Origin: Eledone cirrhosa | Taxonomy: Eukaryota | Reading direction: 5' to 3' | DNA length: 64,000 nt | NCBI GenBank assembly: GCA_964016885.1 | Contig: OZ024745.1 | Coordinates: 56,420,001 to 56,484,000, forward strand | Program-made: the position numbers and the translations under genes | The notes under the pieces: model-generated | Told to the model about the DNA's origin: nothing | The model's database searches: none | What the model saw: only the letters and a program-made list of their open reading frames with translations | Shown: positions 1 through 13,393 of the stretch, piece after piece | Layout of the letters: each line of letters opens with the position of its first letter | Numbering within the stretch: position 1 is the stretch's first letter

Positions 1-249
1 AAACATAATAGCACCACTGACGATGTGGCAGATGTGCAACGAAATAACTTTGTTAGAATATATATATGTATTTGTGTCTATATTGTATCTCTATTTTTGA
101 CAGTTGGTAACAATGGTAACATTGAGGACCGAATAAATTAAATTAATCGATATAAAGGACACAGAAGCGAAAACCAACCAAACATTGAGTGTCTTCTGTT
201 ATTAATTCTGGCAATATTATCACACTAATATATGACCCTCCCCAAGTAT

Positions 250-254
<5 letters not shown>
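1..254 (+). mobile_element. Non-autonomous Penelope-like/HHR repeat fragment (family A), truncated by window edge
   Basis: Degenerate HHR core CTGACGA(17-23)-tGTGGCAgatgTGCAAC-GAAA(41-44); ends ATGACCCTCCCCAAGTATAACAA then (TA)n; homologous to the reverse complement of 30663-30950. Confidence 0.6.
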
Positions 255-330
<76 letters not shown>

Positions 331-331
<1 letters not shown>

Positions 332-520
332 CGAAGAAAATGTGGTAAGGAACCAGGTGGACCATAACGCACCAAAGTACTCAATACTTAGGGTAGTAGA
401 GTGGGTAATAGGAACGAGTAGGACCTCGACGACTGAGCTCAAGCCGTTTCAACGGCTAATTCTGGACTCAGAATTAGCTGTCGAAACGGCTTGATCTCAG
501 CCGTCGAGGCCCTACTCGTT

Positions 521-525
<5 letters not shown>
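331..525 (-). mobile_element. Fold-back Penelope-like fragment carrying the 3' half of an HHR (family B)
   Basis: Inverted repeat ~409-524 centred on TTCTG-GACT-CAGAA; arms read GAAAC-GGCT-tgatctc-AGCC-GTC (HHR stem III plus cleavage triplet); flanked both sides by (TA)n; second copy at 34966-35250. Confidence 0.6.
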
Positions 526-586
<61 letters not shown>

Positions 587-636
587 TATATACATACGAT
601 ATTAACAAATGGAAACTATATTTATAAAACCATATT

Positions 637-701
637 TATTTCATTATACATATTTCAAGGACACCAAGTTAAATTATGGTGTGCTTTCATCAGACAAAAT
701 A
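637..701 (-). ncRNA. Type I hammerhead ribozyme (family C, antisense arm)
   Basis: Reverse complement of the 837-901 motif; TCATCAG at 687-693. Confidence 0.7.
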
Positions 702-836
702 TAATATAGATCAGTTTTATAAATAAATATTGACATACCCTTAAAAAATGCAACCACTACTGTTGGAAGCTCCAACAGTAGTGGTTGCATTTTTTAAGGG
801 TATGTCAATATTTATCTATAAAACAGATCTATATTA

Positions 837-901
837 TATTTTGTCTGATGAAAGCACACCATAATTTAACTTGGTGTCCTTGAAATATGTATAATGAAAT
901 A
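837..901 (+). ncRNA. Type I hammerhead ribozyme (family C)
   Basis: TATTTTGT-CTGATGA(845)-AAGcACACCA..TGGTGTcCTT-GAAA(882)-T-ATGT-A-TA-ATGAAATA; stem I pairs with two G.U wobbles. Confidence 0.7.
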
Positions 902-1060
902 AATATGGTTTTATAAATATAGTTTCCATTTGATAATTTCGTATGTTTACTCCAAATACTTGTTGAGTGCTTTATATCAGTTATAAAAATATTTGCTTGT
1001 TGTATCCCAACAATTTAAATAGAACTTTTGCATATATATATATACATATATATATATATT

Positions 1061-1111
<51 letters not shown>

Positions 1112-1186
1112 CTCTCTCTCTATATATATATATATACATATATATATATGTATGTATATATATATATATGTATATGTATATATATG

Positions 1187-1219
<33 letters not shown>

Positions 1220-1376
1220 GTATGTATATATATGTATGTCTAGATATATGTATATATATATATATATGTATATATATGTATACATATATGTATATATATA
1301 TATATCTATATATGTATATATAATTATAATGAAATGACAGGAGGCTGGATTTGTGTAAATCCTTGAAAGGTTTATT

Positions 1377-1434
1377 ATACTATGATCATTTCAATGACCG
1401 GGTTCCGTATGAATCCGGTGATATCATCAGGTAT
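1377..1434 (-). ncRNA. Type I hammerhead ribozyme (family D, copy 1)
   Basis: Minus strand: ATAC-CTGATGA-tatcACCGGaTTCatacgGAAcCCGGTcatt-GAAA-TGATCA-TA-GTAT; stem I ATAC/GTAT, palindromic stem III ATGATCAT. Confidence 0.85.
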
Positions 1435-4215
1435 TCGAAATATAATACGTGAATGTAATAGGTAAAATCCTTGGGGCTGAAAATCGAGACACGAGGGCGA
1501 CCGCTATTCTGTTCCTTCAACCTCAGCCGGTCGCCCTGGAGTGACGTGGCTAAATTTTATAGCATGCTACTACCGGTCAGATGAACGAAAACAGAAAGAG
1601 ATGGGAGCATAGGTTAACGTCGATCCCATGACACAAGGTAAAAGAAAGAAAGAAAGGAAGGAGAAGAAGGGGAAGAAAGAAGAAGAGAAGTCAGGGTTAA
1701 TGTCAGCTAAAAGAGGAAGGTAACTACTACTGGTCAGATATAGGCAAGCAAGAGGGGGAAGGAATATAAGTCTGCAGGGAGGAGGAGAGGAGAGAAGGAA
1801 GGGAAGAGAGAAGTAGAAAAGTAAGGGTTGATGGCTACAAGAAGGAAGATAGAAAGGAAGAGGAAGAAAGGTCGATATTAATGTCAGACCACAGTCAAGC
1901 CAGGAGTGACGCGAGAGAATTTTCACAGGGACCCGCATCTTAGCGGAGATGGATATATTGGGAGTCAGTGTTTTACAGTGTTTAGACTTCTAGTATGAAG
2001 TTAAAAAAATTTAATAATCAATATTCAATATTAAAGAGGTTAGAAAATTTAAAGTTCAACAGTTTAACAATTAATTATATAATAGTTCCGATTTGTTCTG
2101 TAATTTAAAGGTACTATTTGGCGGTTAAAACAACGGCCGCGCCCCGGGCCCCATGGCGAATTAAGCCACGCCGAGTATTTTCATTTACTGAAAGAAGGGG
2201 AAATTTATTTTTCCAAGCACTCTAGGTGAGCTCGTTCGCCACGGAGCTGGTCGCGCCGCCATTAAAACCCACCCAACAGTCCGACAGAAAGTTGGAACTT
2301 TAAAATTTAGCTTAGAGGAGTAAAAGAGTAATGGTTGATAGCTACAAGAAGGAAGATAGAAAGAGAGAGGAAGGAAGGTCGATATTAATGTCACACCACA
2401 GTCGGGCCAGGAGTGGCGCGACAAAATTTTCACAGGGACTCGCATCTTAGCAGAGGTGAATATAATGGGGGTCAGTGTGTTACAATGTTTAGACTTATAG
2501 GATGAAGTTAAAAAATTAATAAATTAATAATCAATATTCCATATTAAAGAGGTTAGAAAACTTAAAGCTCAACAGTTTCAGGTTGATATATATAATAGTT
2601 CCGATTTGTTCTGTAATTTAAAGGTACTATTTGGCGGTTAAAACACCGGCCGCGCCCCAGGCCCCATGGCTAATTAAGCCACGCCGAGTATTTTCATTTA
2701 CTGAAAGAAGGGGAATTTATTTTTCCAAGCACTCCAGGTGAGCCCGTTCGCCAGGGAGCTGGTCGCGCCGCCGCCAAAACCCACCCAACGGTCCGACAGA
2801 AAGTTGGAACTTTAGAATTTTGCTTAACTCTATCGGATGAAGTTGAAAGAATTCAGAATAACATTCAGAATAACATTCAGAATAACATTCAGAATAACAT
2901 TATGAAACTAAGGAGTAAGAGGATTGAGAATTGAACAAACAGAAAATTGAAGATTAGACATTCAAATAACTTCTATGAGGTTTTGGGTTGCGGGGTTTAA
3001 TTAAATAGTCTTTTATGAAGAAACGTTAATTGTATTATGTAGATCTGTAATTTATCCTAGTGGGATGTAGAGTACGGGATATAGTCGTGTAATGTTTAAT
3101 TTTTGTTCTCAGGAGGAGACATTCTAGTGTCGTGTGCTAATGGGTACAGGTCCCAATGTGAGGAGTAGAAATACATGCATACATAGAAGTGGAGTACGTG
3201 GAAGAGCTAATGGGTACAGGTCCCAATGTGAGGGGTAGAAATAAATGGATACATAGAAGTGGAATACGTGGAAGAGCACATTGGTACAGCAGAGGTATAA
3301 ATATATAAACATATCAATATATAGGTATAAACATGTAAATAAACCAACAAGAGTGGTGTTGGAGTAAGATGGAAAAATCAGGACATTAATACAGCAAACA
3401 AAGATGTGAAGATATAGATAAACAAACAATAGTCGTTGTCTAGTAAATGTAGAGTTCAAGAGACAGGAGAAATACAATATAGTTCGGGTTGCGGTATTTA
3501 TGTTCCCAGGGGGAAATATTCCAGTGACGTGTGCTGAGGGTACACGCGAGTAAAAGTCCGAATAAGGGAAGTAGAAAGTACATGGATGTATAGAGGTAGA
3601 ATACGTGGGGGAGCATCAATACAGCAAATAAAGATGTGAAGATATAAATAAACAAACAAGAGTCGTTGTCTATTAAATGGAGAGTTCAAGACACAGGAGA
3701 AATACAATATAGTTCAAGTTGAAGTCAGATAATGCATATAGATGTGGAAACAGTGCGTGTTCGAGTCTGGGAGTTCAGTGTGAGTTATACATGCCCAGAA
3801 GTATAGGGTAGCCATTTAGTTAATTCAGTGCAGTACAATACATGTTATGGTCCAGTCCGTGGAGTTTCGTCGAAGTTCGGATATTCTGTGAGGGGAGTAG
3901 CAAAGGGCCAGGCGAAAGCACCGGGTAGCCAAAGTTCGAATTGTGGTTAGATATATTCAGTCCCATGCCGCTGTTGATTATTACATTTTGAAGTGCTCAA
4001 CATTTCAGGAGCGTTATTTATTCAGGTTTGAGATTCACCACTGTATAGAGCTGGTCTATTCCGTATGGTCAATTGTAATGCAATAATATAGAGAGTACTC
4101 AACGTAAAGCAGTTCAACCGTCTTTGTTTTTGTAGTTGGTGGTGCTATTACGGAGTTAAATATTATAATGAAATGACAGGAGGCTGGATTTGTGTAAATC
4201 CTTGAAAGGTTTATT

Positions 4216-4273
4216 ATACTATGATCATTTCAATGACCGGGTTCCGTATGAATCCGGTGATATCATCAGGTAT
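4216..4273 (-). ncRNA. Type I hammerhead ribozyme (family D, copy 2)
   Basis: Identical to 1377-1434; TCATCAG at 4263-4269. Confidence 0.85.
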
Positions 4274-6639
4274 TCGAAATATAATACGTGAATGTAATAG
4301 GTAAAATCCATGGGGCTGAAAATCGATACCCGAGGGCGACCGCTATTCTGTTCCTTCAACCTCAGCCGGTCGCCCTGGAGTGACGTGGCTAAATTTTATA
4401 GTATGCTACTACCGGTCAGATGAACGAAAACAGAAAGAGATGGGAGCATAGGTTAACGTCGATCCCATGACACAAGGTAAAAGAAAGAAAGAAAGGAAGG
4501 AGAAGAAGGGGGAAGAAAGAAGAAGAGAAGTCAGGGTTAATGTCAGCTAAAAGAGGAAGGTAACTACTACTGGTCAGATATAGGCAAGCAAGAGGGGGAA
4601 GGAATATAAGTCTGCAGGGAGGAGGAGAGGAGAGAAGGAAGGGAAGAGAGAAGTAGAAAAGTAAGGGTTGATGGCTACAAGAAGGAAGATAGAAGGAAGA
4701 GGAAGAAAGGTCGATATTAATGTCAGACCACAGTCAAGCCAGGAGTGACGCGAGAGAATTTTCACAGGGACCCGCATCTTAGCGGAGATGGATATATTGG
4801 GAGTCAGTGTTTTAGAGTGTTTAGACTTCTAGGATGAAGTTAAAAAAATTTAATAAACAATATTCAATATTAAAGAGGTTAGAAAATTTAAAGTTCAACA
4901 GTTTAACAATTAATTATATAATAGTTCCGATTTGTTCTGTAATTTAAAGGTACTATTTGGCGGTTAAAACAACGGCCGCGCCCCGGGCCCCATGGCGAAT
5001 TAAGCCACGCCGAGTATTTTCATTTACTGAAAGAAGGGGAAATTTATTTTTCCAAGCACTCTAGGTGAGCTCGTTCGCCACGGAGCTGGTCGCGCCGCCA
5101 TTAAAACCCACCCAACAGTCCGACAGAAAGTTGGAACTTTAAAATTTAGCTTAGAGGAGTAAAAGAGTAATGGTTGATAGCTACAAGAAGGAAGATAGAA
5201 AGAGAGAGGAAGGAAGGTCGATATTAATGTCACACCACAGTCGGGCCAGGAGTGGCGCGACAAAATTTTCACAGGGACTCGCATCTTAGCAGAGGTGAAT
5301 ATAATGGGGGTCAGTGTGTTACAATGTTTAGACTTATAGGATGAAGTTAAAAAATTAATAAATTAATAATCAATATTCCATATTAAAGAGGTTAGAAAAC
5401 TTAAAGCTCAACAGTTTCAGGTTGATATATATAATAGTTCCGATTTGTTCTGTAATTTAAAGGTACTATTTGGCGGTTAAAACACCGGCCGCGCCCCAGG
5501 CCCCATGGCTAATTAAGCCACGCCGAGTATTTTCATTTACTGAAAGAAGGGAAATTTATTTTTCCAAGCACTCCAGGTGAGCCCGTTCGCCAGGGAGCTG
5601 GTCGCGCCGCCGCCAAAACCCACCCAACGGTCCGACAGAAAGTTGGAACTTTAGAATTTTACTTAACTCTATCGGATGAAGTTGAAATAATTCAGAATAA
5701 CATTCAGAATAACATTCAGAATAATCATAACACCCTTGACCCAGATTATTTATTGTTGACAACATGGGTGAAGGTGAATTAGAACTGGTTTTCTCTAGGC
5801 TTTGTGGTCCATTCGTATTTACATAGCTTACAATTACATACTACTAACACCTAATAACGCAAGAGTTTTTAAATATTTAAGGATGAATAGTACTGCATTA
5901 TGAAACTGCTACGCGTTGAATGTGAAATATTTATACATTTAAAACTTCAGCAATATTATTAACATATTTCTATGTCTATAAAATAGCCACAGCAACACAT
6001 AACCATGTATATAGACAAATAATCTATGACATTAGATATAGCAGATATCTAAATATGGGATTTTTATTCGTTGGAAACCATTATATAAATTTTAATGTTC
6101 CACGTGCTCAATTGCTTTTCACAGTTTCATGCATAGTATAAATCTATTAAATTTTACATTGCTTTCTGTGTAGACATTACAAAAGTGTTTTAGATGTATA
6201 CTAAGATTATAAAGGAGAATATTTGGCGCATTATAAAGGAGAATATTTGGCGCATAACATTCCAGAACGACACGCACACACACATACATACACACGTATA
6301 TATATCACAACAGAGGCCACGTGTTGATCCTCTCCGACTAAAAACTTTCCCCCTCGGAAAACCCCCAGTTGATAGATGCGAAATCCGAAATATAGGGACA
6401 ATTAAATCACTTCCAAGATAACTCTATCTCGTGTTATTATTTTTACACTCTTTCCTACGTTCCTCTACACCAGGGGTCGGCAACCTTTTGGAGAGAGAGG
6501 GCCAAACAGCTATGCAGTGTCATGGAGGAGGGCCATGTTATTAAATATGTAAATACATTTTCTGGCGGTTTAAAGCAAAACAAGGAATTTAATATAATTT
6601 TATTTTAACAAGGCCCCTTATTTTACTGCAGGAATAACA

Positions 6640-6792
6640 AAAGAAAAGAAAAGAAAAGAAAAGAAAAGAAAAGAAAAGAAAAGAAAAGAAAAGAAAAGAA
6701 AAGAAAAGAAAAGAAAAGAAAAGAAAAGAAAAGAAAAGAAAAGAAAAGAAAAGAAAAGAAAAGAAAAGAAAAGAAAAGAAAAGAAAAGAAAA
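6640..6792. repeat. (AAAAG)n pentanucleotide microsatellite
   Basis: About 30 perfect copies inside the hAT element. Confidence 0.97.
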
Positions 6793-6875
6793 CTACAAAC
6801 ACATACAACAAAAAAAAAGCAAATTCCTCGCTACAGTTATAAATGGTAAACGATTTAATGAGACACTTGTTTCTG

Positions 6876-7163
6876 CTAATTGTGCGATAACTTCTCCATA
6901 GGTGAAATATTTGTCGATGACAGGAGCAAAACATCATCCAAGTGGTCGTCACGCAACCTCGTTCTTTTAGTATATTTCATTTTGGAAAAAAGTTGTTCAC
7001 AAGCATATGTACTTCCAAATAATGATATCATCATTTTCGTATTAGTCAAGATGTTTGTATGTTTTCTGCTTGGCAATAAATATTTCTTGTAGAAGTCAGC
7101 AGTGGATTCGAACTGAAATTTCGATTTCAAAGTTTCGTCGCACTGTAAGTCAATTAACTCCAA
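6876..7163 (-). pseudogene. hAT transposase C-terminal dimerisation-domain remnant (GTF2IRD2/SPIN-like)
   Basis: ELIDLQCD..LKSKF..FY...SLFGSTYACEQLFSKMK...RTRLRDDHL motif string typical of Charlie/Buster transposases. Confidence 0.9.
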
Positions 7164-8218
7164 CTGATATTCTTCTTAAAAGTTCGGCATTCCAAATCGA
7201 CTTTTCTTTTCTTAGCTTCCACGGGCTTGTTTTTATTCAAACAAAAAAGATTTATGGAATGGAAAAAGAACAAAAAGTATAATAATCAGAATGAAGAAAT
7301 AAGAAACAATGAAAACAAATGTAAATGCAAATAAAGTAATGCGATAAAATATGATAATTGTGAATAAATTATATAAAACCAGGTATCTAACGACGTTGTT
7401 AGATCAGGGTTGCCATTTGTTTTTTTAAACCACTTTTAATAATAATAATTCACACAATTTATCACAAATAATTAAATAAACGTTATTATCCAATAAAGAT
7501 AGCTACTGTATAGTTGTTATATCACCAGACAACAAACACAAATGAAAATACTCTGCGGAGGAGGGAACGAAGTAATTTTTCCAAGGACAGCTTTACCTTG
7601 TGCCGGGGGGCACAGGTAAGGTCAGGCAAACGAAGACGACAATAATCCACGAGTGATTTTATTGAATGACAATATGGGTATAAAAGCGAGTCATGCGAGT
7701 CGCTGACGAAAATGCATACTTCCAGCCAACATTTGTGTTTGTTGACTGGAACAAAAACACATACATGAGATCACAGGAAATAATAATACAGGTGATATAA
7801 TGCTTGGCGGAAAGTCCAGAAAAAGATGGATAAGAGGAAATAATAATAAATGGAAAATATAATAAGGTTACAAAGGTATCTATAAATATATACGGTATGA
7901 GCAGTGATTTGTGATGGGCATCATGTCGGCACAACCTTGAAGTGAACTACTGTATCTGTATTCGATACTAATTAGATAATTAGTGTCCAGTGTAAGATGG
8001 CGGGCCTGACAAAAATCATTCGAGGGCCGGATGTGGCCCGCGGGCCAGGGCTTGTCGACCTCTGCTCTACACCCTATACGTCTCATTCTACATTTCCTCT
8101 TACATCTCTCTTTCTCACTGATTCTGTTACCCGGAGATTTACCCATCTGCATTGTTGAGGCTTCCAAAACGACCAATGTTATTCCACATGCTTAGCAAAC
8201 TTCAACACTCTCTTATAT

Positions 8219-8424
<206 letters not shown>

Positions 8425-8599
8425 GCATATATATATACAATTGAAATCATACAGTTATTTCAATGACATCACACAAGAAATATGTGTGCCTAGGAAGTGG
8501 TAGGAAATACAAAAAAAAAAAGAAAAAGATAAAATCAAATAAAACTGTTCCTTACATATTTTCTCTTCCGAAAAAATGTCTTCCTCTATCAATCATAAA

Positions 8600-9090
8600 T
8601 TGTCGGTCAAACGCTGAATCAACGATTTAAAGTGTGGAAAGGAAGGTGTGTAAGATGAACCGAGAGCTGGGAAGACATCAATAGTGACCACACCAGAGGA
8701 TATTGACCATGTCCTTGAGATGGTGATGGAGAATCGACGACTGTCATATTTTCAGATCGCAAACAGGTTAGGCATCCAGAGAACCAATAATGTTTTGATG
8801 AACGAAGAAGGTCAAAGTCACACTATCATCTAAAAAGGTAATGGTTGCCATTTTTTAGTATGCACAATGTGTTGTTGCTGGATAATCTCCAAAAGTCCTC
8901 ATTATCACAGAACAATATTACACTGACTTGCGTAACCATCTGCGCGTGTACATCAAGAAGAAGGATTGCTGACACATGAGGTCTTGAGAATGGTAACAAT
9001 CTGTGATTGTCATTTCTAACTTTTCCCTCATCCACCATATTCACCAGACCTCCCATTCTCCGACTTTCAGCTCTTTCCAAATCTGAAATA
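8600..9090 (+). pseudogene. Decayed mariner transposase
   Basis: Manual translation: DEPRAGKTSIVTTPEDIDHVLEMVMENRRLSYFQIANRLGI (N-terminal HTH region) and FPHPPYSPDLPFSDFQLFPNLK (YSPDL motif); stops and deletions. Confidence 0.85.
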
Positions 9091-9556
9091 GGATATGACC
9101 GGATTATACTACACCACAAACGATGACATTATAAATTTATTATATTTTCTAATATAGTCTATTAATATTAATGTTATAACTTCGATTAATGAGTGTAATT
9201 GAACCAATCTGTTCTATCTGTATACCTATAACTCTAATTTAGTGAATAGCACATCTTTATTAGTGTGTCATAGTTCGTATAATAGCTTAGTTACTTAACG
9301 TTATATTTTACTTTTAATTACTAACGAAAGTATTTAGGTTTCCAGAAATATGTCACGTTTTCCCAATAATGTTTTAATACTATTTATACGTTTTCACTCC
9401 TTCCCTCTAATTTATGGGCATGTAAGGCAAATATTATTTGTATTTAATCAATTCTTATGAACCTATTTTAAAAGGAATGGAATACTCCTGTTGATTTAAC
9501 GTAACAGTGGTAAATCAATTAAATGATTTAATTTAAATACTTGTTAATCTTTATAT

Positions 9557-9747
9557 ATAAAAGGGGTACCGAAAACTTCCTGGCTTTGGGTAAAAGAAGA
9601 TACAGGAGGATCAGTTAATTATCATTTTATTCATTGACACACTTATTGCATCCGAACTTTAGTTATAAAAAGAACACGCAAGGTTGGGCCTCCAGCCAGG
9701 CATCTGTGATATCCTTAAACCCAGGAAACTTTCAGCTCCCCCTTGTA
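9557..9747. mobile_element. Mariner-derived MITE
   Basis: Imperfect TIRs AAGGGGTACCGAAAACTTCCTGGCTTT / AAACCCAGGAAACTTTCAGCTCCCCCTTG, TA at both ends. Confidence 0.7.
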
Positions 9748-10652
9748 TATAAACAATCACAAGAATATGGTCTTTATATTGACAACAGATGGATTACACG
9801 AAAAAGGGATTTTCATAAAAAGATGCATGTATCCGAGATTTAAGGTGTGGACTTGGTGCCGCTACGCATTTCGCTAAATCAGCTGGAATAAGAAGTTATT
9901 CGATTTACCAATTTTCTTAACTGATAACCTGTGTGCTTTCGTGGACGCTGAAGTCATTGATCCTAATGAAAACAAATCTATCAGCCCCTCATTGGAAATG
10001 ACACCCTCAATATATGAGTTTGAAATGGTAATAATGGAAACTTGTTAATGGTGTGAGAAAGGTGGAAACTGCCATCTTATATTCAGGACATTGTATGTGC
10101 TAGAGCTCGTAGCATACCGAATTTCTTTAAGTTTATTAGAGGTATCATACACAGAGAGATGGTGTTCTTCTCATCGATAGAAACAAGTAACATTTTGAAA
10201 GTATATATTTTATTTCCTTTAGCATAAACATCTATAAACATATGGAAGAATAGCATAGAACGATTAAGCTAACATGCCAAGTAGCCATATATTATTGCAT
10301 GAAAACTATGTATATATGTTTTCATGTGAATCTAAATTATCGAACTAATAGCAATGGGGCCAGTAACGTGCAGGCTACTGCAAAAATGTGAAATCAAAAT
10401 GTATGAGACTTTATCCTCTGCATGATAGTAAATAAGAATATCAATCTACTGAATATGACATATGAACCCAGCACTGCGAAATTTAGTTGTGGATTTTTCT
10501 GTTGCATTCAAGTTTCTCTTCTTTCTCTCTGTCTAGCAGTTAAAGATACAGCATTCCATGAGACCAGAAGGCTGTGCTCCAGTCGGATCAATACGATTAT
10601 GCTTTAGAGTGGGCGTAAAATAAACATAATTGTTAGGAATGAACAGAATTAT

Positions 10653-10761
<109 letters not shown>

Positions 10762-11127
10762 TACATGAATTTGGTTGGTCCGGGCGTTTCCGTTGTTAGG
10801 TTGAAACACTGCGGAATATAAAATGTCTGTAATTTTTGGAAACAGGAATGTGAAATTTTGGGAATATCCTAAGTATATTCTAAGTATATTCTAAATATAT
10901 TCCAAGAAAGGAAGATTATATAGATGTTTATTGTAAAAAGTAAACATGAAATAATTATTCAATATTCCTCATATATATCAGGTAGAAATATTCCCGCGTG
11001 TATTGAAGAGATATACGTCTCACTTATTTGATAACGATGCCAAATATACTTCCGTTTCTTCACACTAATTCAAATTGCTTTTTCATAGCTCACTAAATGA
11101 CGGCTTTCACACACAATCACAAACACC

Positions 11128-11174
<47 letters not shown>

Positions 11175-11825
11175 CTTTTTATTTTTAAAAATGTATATAA
11201 ATGACGGTTTTCACATACACGCTTACACACACAAACACACAGTTATGTGTGTTTTTATGATCAACATTTTATATGCTTATATTCACAAAGATAAATATAC
11301 ATTCATATATGTATAAAGTTAAGCAGAAATTATTATGTCGCCAAATGTATGTACCTCATGAACATTACGCCGACGATTTCAGATATATTCTAAATTCTGT
11401 ATAGCATATTATGTTGCTATATAAAATGAGAAAGATCTCCAAAACAACGCATAAAATGGACCAAATATTTTCTTTCTGTACGACAGAAAAGAAGAATGTG
11501 TTTGATCTTCATTCTTTTTATAGAGAAGTATACAATCTCGGAAACTGATGTCGTACTGAAAACAATATGCATATCAAAAAATGATTTTCCATATTATACA
11601 TACATACACACTCACTCTCACACACACACACACATGCACACACATAGAGACTCATACACACACACACACTCTCTCACACACACATGCACACACATAGCGA
11701 CTCATACACACACACTCACACACACACACACATATTTATATATATAGATTATATACATATCCGTATATAGTACCCCGTACCGAATTAGACTTTGAATATT
11801 CTTTTTATTAAGGTTAAATAGTGAG

Positions 11826-11868
11826 CAGTGTTACTCGCGTGTTTCACCTTCTTCTCACAGGGTCATCA
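11826..11868 (-). ncRNA. 5'-truncated hammerhead ribozyme remnant
   Basis: Minus: (TA)n-TGATGA-cCCTgtgagaagaAGGt-GAAAC-ACGCGA-GTA-ACACT, then AATAAA; first C of the core and 5' stem I replaced by (TA)n. Confidence 0.55.
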
Positions 11869-11954
11869 TATATATATATATACAAATATTCTTCAGTTAT
11901 CTCAAACACAGACACATACACACACATACACACACACACGAGCACACACACACA

Positions 11955-12056
<102 letters not shown>

Positions 12057-12284
12057 ACAACACATACAAAGACACATAACACATATAGAGAGAAGCATCA
12101 TTCAAAGATATATTCGAATACACTTGCAAACCTAAGTGCACACCCAAATAATTTCAGACATTAGATATTTAACATCTATCATAAACACAAACGCTAATAG
12201 GGATATGCCTGAACAACGTTTTAATAGCATCTACACTCCCTACACTCTGAATGGGATATGTCTCAAAAAGACGAAATGATATCC

Positions 12285-12530
12285 ACCTCGATATTACATC
12301 GAACATATAAAAATAATTTTATGAATCATTACTATCAACACAAGGGCAATATATGACAGACAGGGCACGAAATAGACATCCCCATTGGCCAAATATGTAT
12401 AAGCAATTAAAACACCTATATAATGGTTTATAATATAACCTGGCATATAGTATACAAGTGCGGCGATTTAGGAGTCATTAGACGACCTTCAGCTGTAAAT
12501 TTACCTGATGAATGCTTGTTCATTGGTTAC
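12285..12530 (+). pseudogene. Probable decayed Penelope GIY-YIG endonuclease C-terminal part
   Basis: Frameshifted manual translation YYIEH..NNFMNHYYQHK...LAKYV*AIK...YNITWHIVYKC...ECLFI resembles the PLE pattern YIG..FK.RY..HK...LSKYIW.LK...YNI.W.I...C.LC..EK..I. Confidence 0.5.
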
Positions 12531-13346
12531 CAACACACTATGAACTATTCCTTGTATAAAATACCTCATATTTAATAAATTCTTTATTGAATTCAGATCC
12601 CACCAAAGGGAATGGAAATGCAAGTTATGAATAACTGAAAAGTGCTATATTTTTAAATTGTGAGTATATACATTTTCAATAATTAATCGGAATTAATCCA
12701 AACGAAGTTATCAGTACTAATATCTACTGATTCATTTTAAGATAAAATAAGCTACATTACTACAAACTACAAACTCTCTGACTTCCCTCAAAAACAATGA
12801 TATATTTATGTGCAGGAAAAAATGACCCCATCCCGTTTCATATTATTCATGCGTGAACATAGATAAAACATACCCTTATTCAAATGTAGCATTTATGACA
12901 AAGACCACTTTGGAAGTCACAACTGTTTCCAAGAGAGATTGCATATACTGCATCGACCTGGGACATGCAACAACAGTTATACTGGCCTAACCATTTGCTT
13001 CTACTGTAGAAGTACTCTGTTAGCCAACTGCAAACCACATGCCACGGAAACACCCCAAAACACCACCAGAAGTACGGCCTAGGGGCAAATACACTTTGAA
13101 AAAACGAACATCACACTGACCAAATATCACCATATGTATAGAAAAGAAGACTCAACAGACTCCCTGTCAATAACATACCGCTAATATCACATAGTGAATG
13201 TTACTGAAATTATGGCACCAAAGAGATGCAAAGGCTTTTGTGCTGTCAATGATATTTTCAGCACAACATCCTGACGTGAGGCAATAAATATTGACCCTTT
13301 GCTGCCTTCTACCCTCCTCTATCAAGCTCCATACTCTAGCGAGTTT

Positions 13347-13393
13347 GACCCTGATAATTTAAACGTATCAACGTCATGAAACCACTGGTAGTC
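13347..13393 (+). ncRNA. Degenerate type I hammerhead ribozyme
   Basis: GAC-c-CTGATAA(core G to A)-..ACGTatcaACGT..-GAAA-CC-act-GG-TA-GTC; outer GCTCC/GGAGC pairing. Confidence 0.45.

Larger units (their letters stand above)
592..1031. mobile_element. Inverted-repeat HHR element (family C)
   Basis: ~175-bp arms inverted about ~768 (TGTTGGAAGCTCCAACA); each arm has an HHR; flanked by TA-rich microsatellite; diverged relative at 62381-62524. Confidence 0.75.
1322..5725 (-). mobile_element. Non-autonomous Penelope-like element with ~1.57-kb direct pseudo-LTRs (family D)
   Basis: 1322-~2900 repeated nearly identically at ~4161-5725 (offset 2839); each copy has an HHR followed by AATAAA on the minus strand, an internal ~507-bp duplication and (CATTCAGAATAA)n at the far end; ~1.26-kb non-coding spacer; 3' end abuts TA-rich microsatellite. 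Confidence 0.75.
6471..8064 (-). mobile_element. hAT DNA transposon (Charlie/Buster/SPIN-type), internally deleted
   Basis: TIRs CAGGGGTCGGCAA / TTGTCGACCTCTG; perfect 8-bp TSD CTCTACAC (6463-6470, 8065-8072) with central TA; transposase remnant inside. Confidence 0.92.

Noticed and set aside
1570-5284. Four ORFs starting MRVPVKILSRHSW
   Set aside because: Produced by nested duplications of a purine-rich non-coding repeat; frames differ between copies and no domain is recognisable
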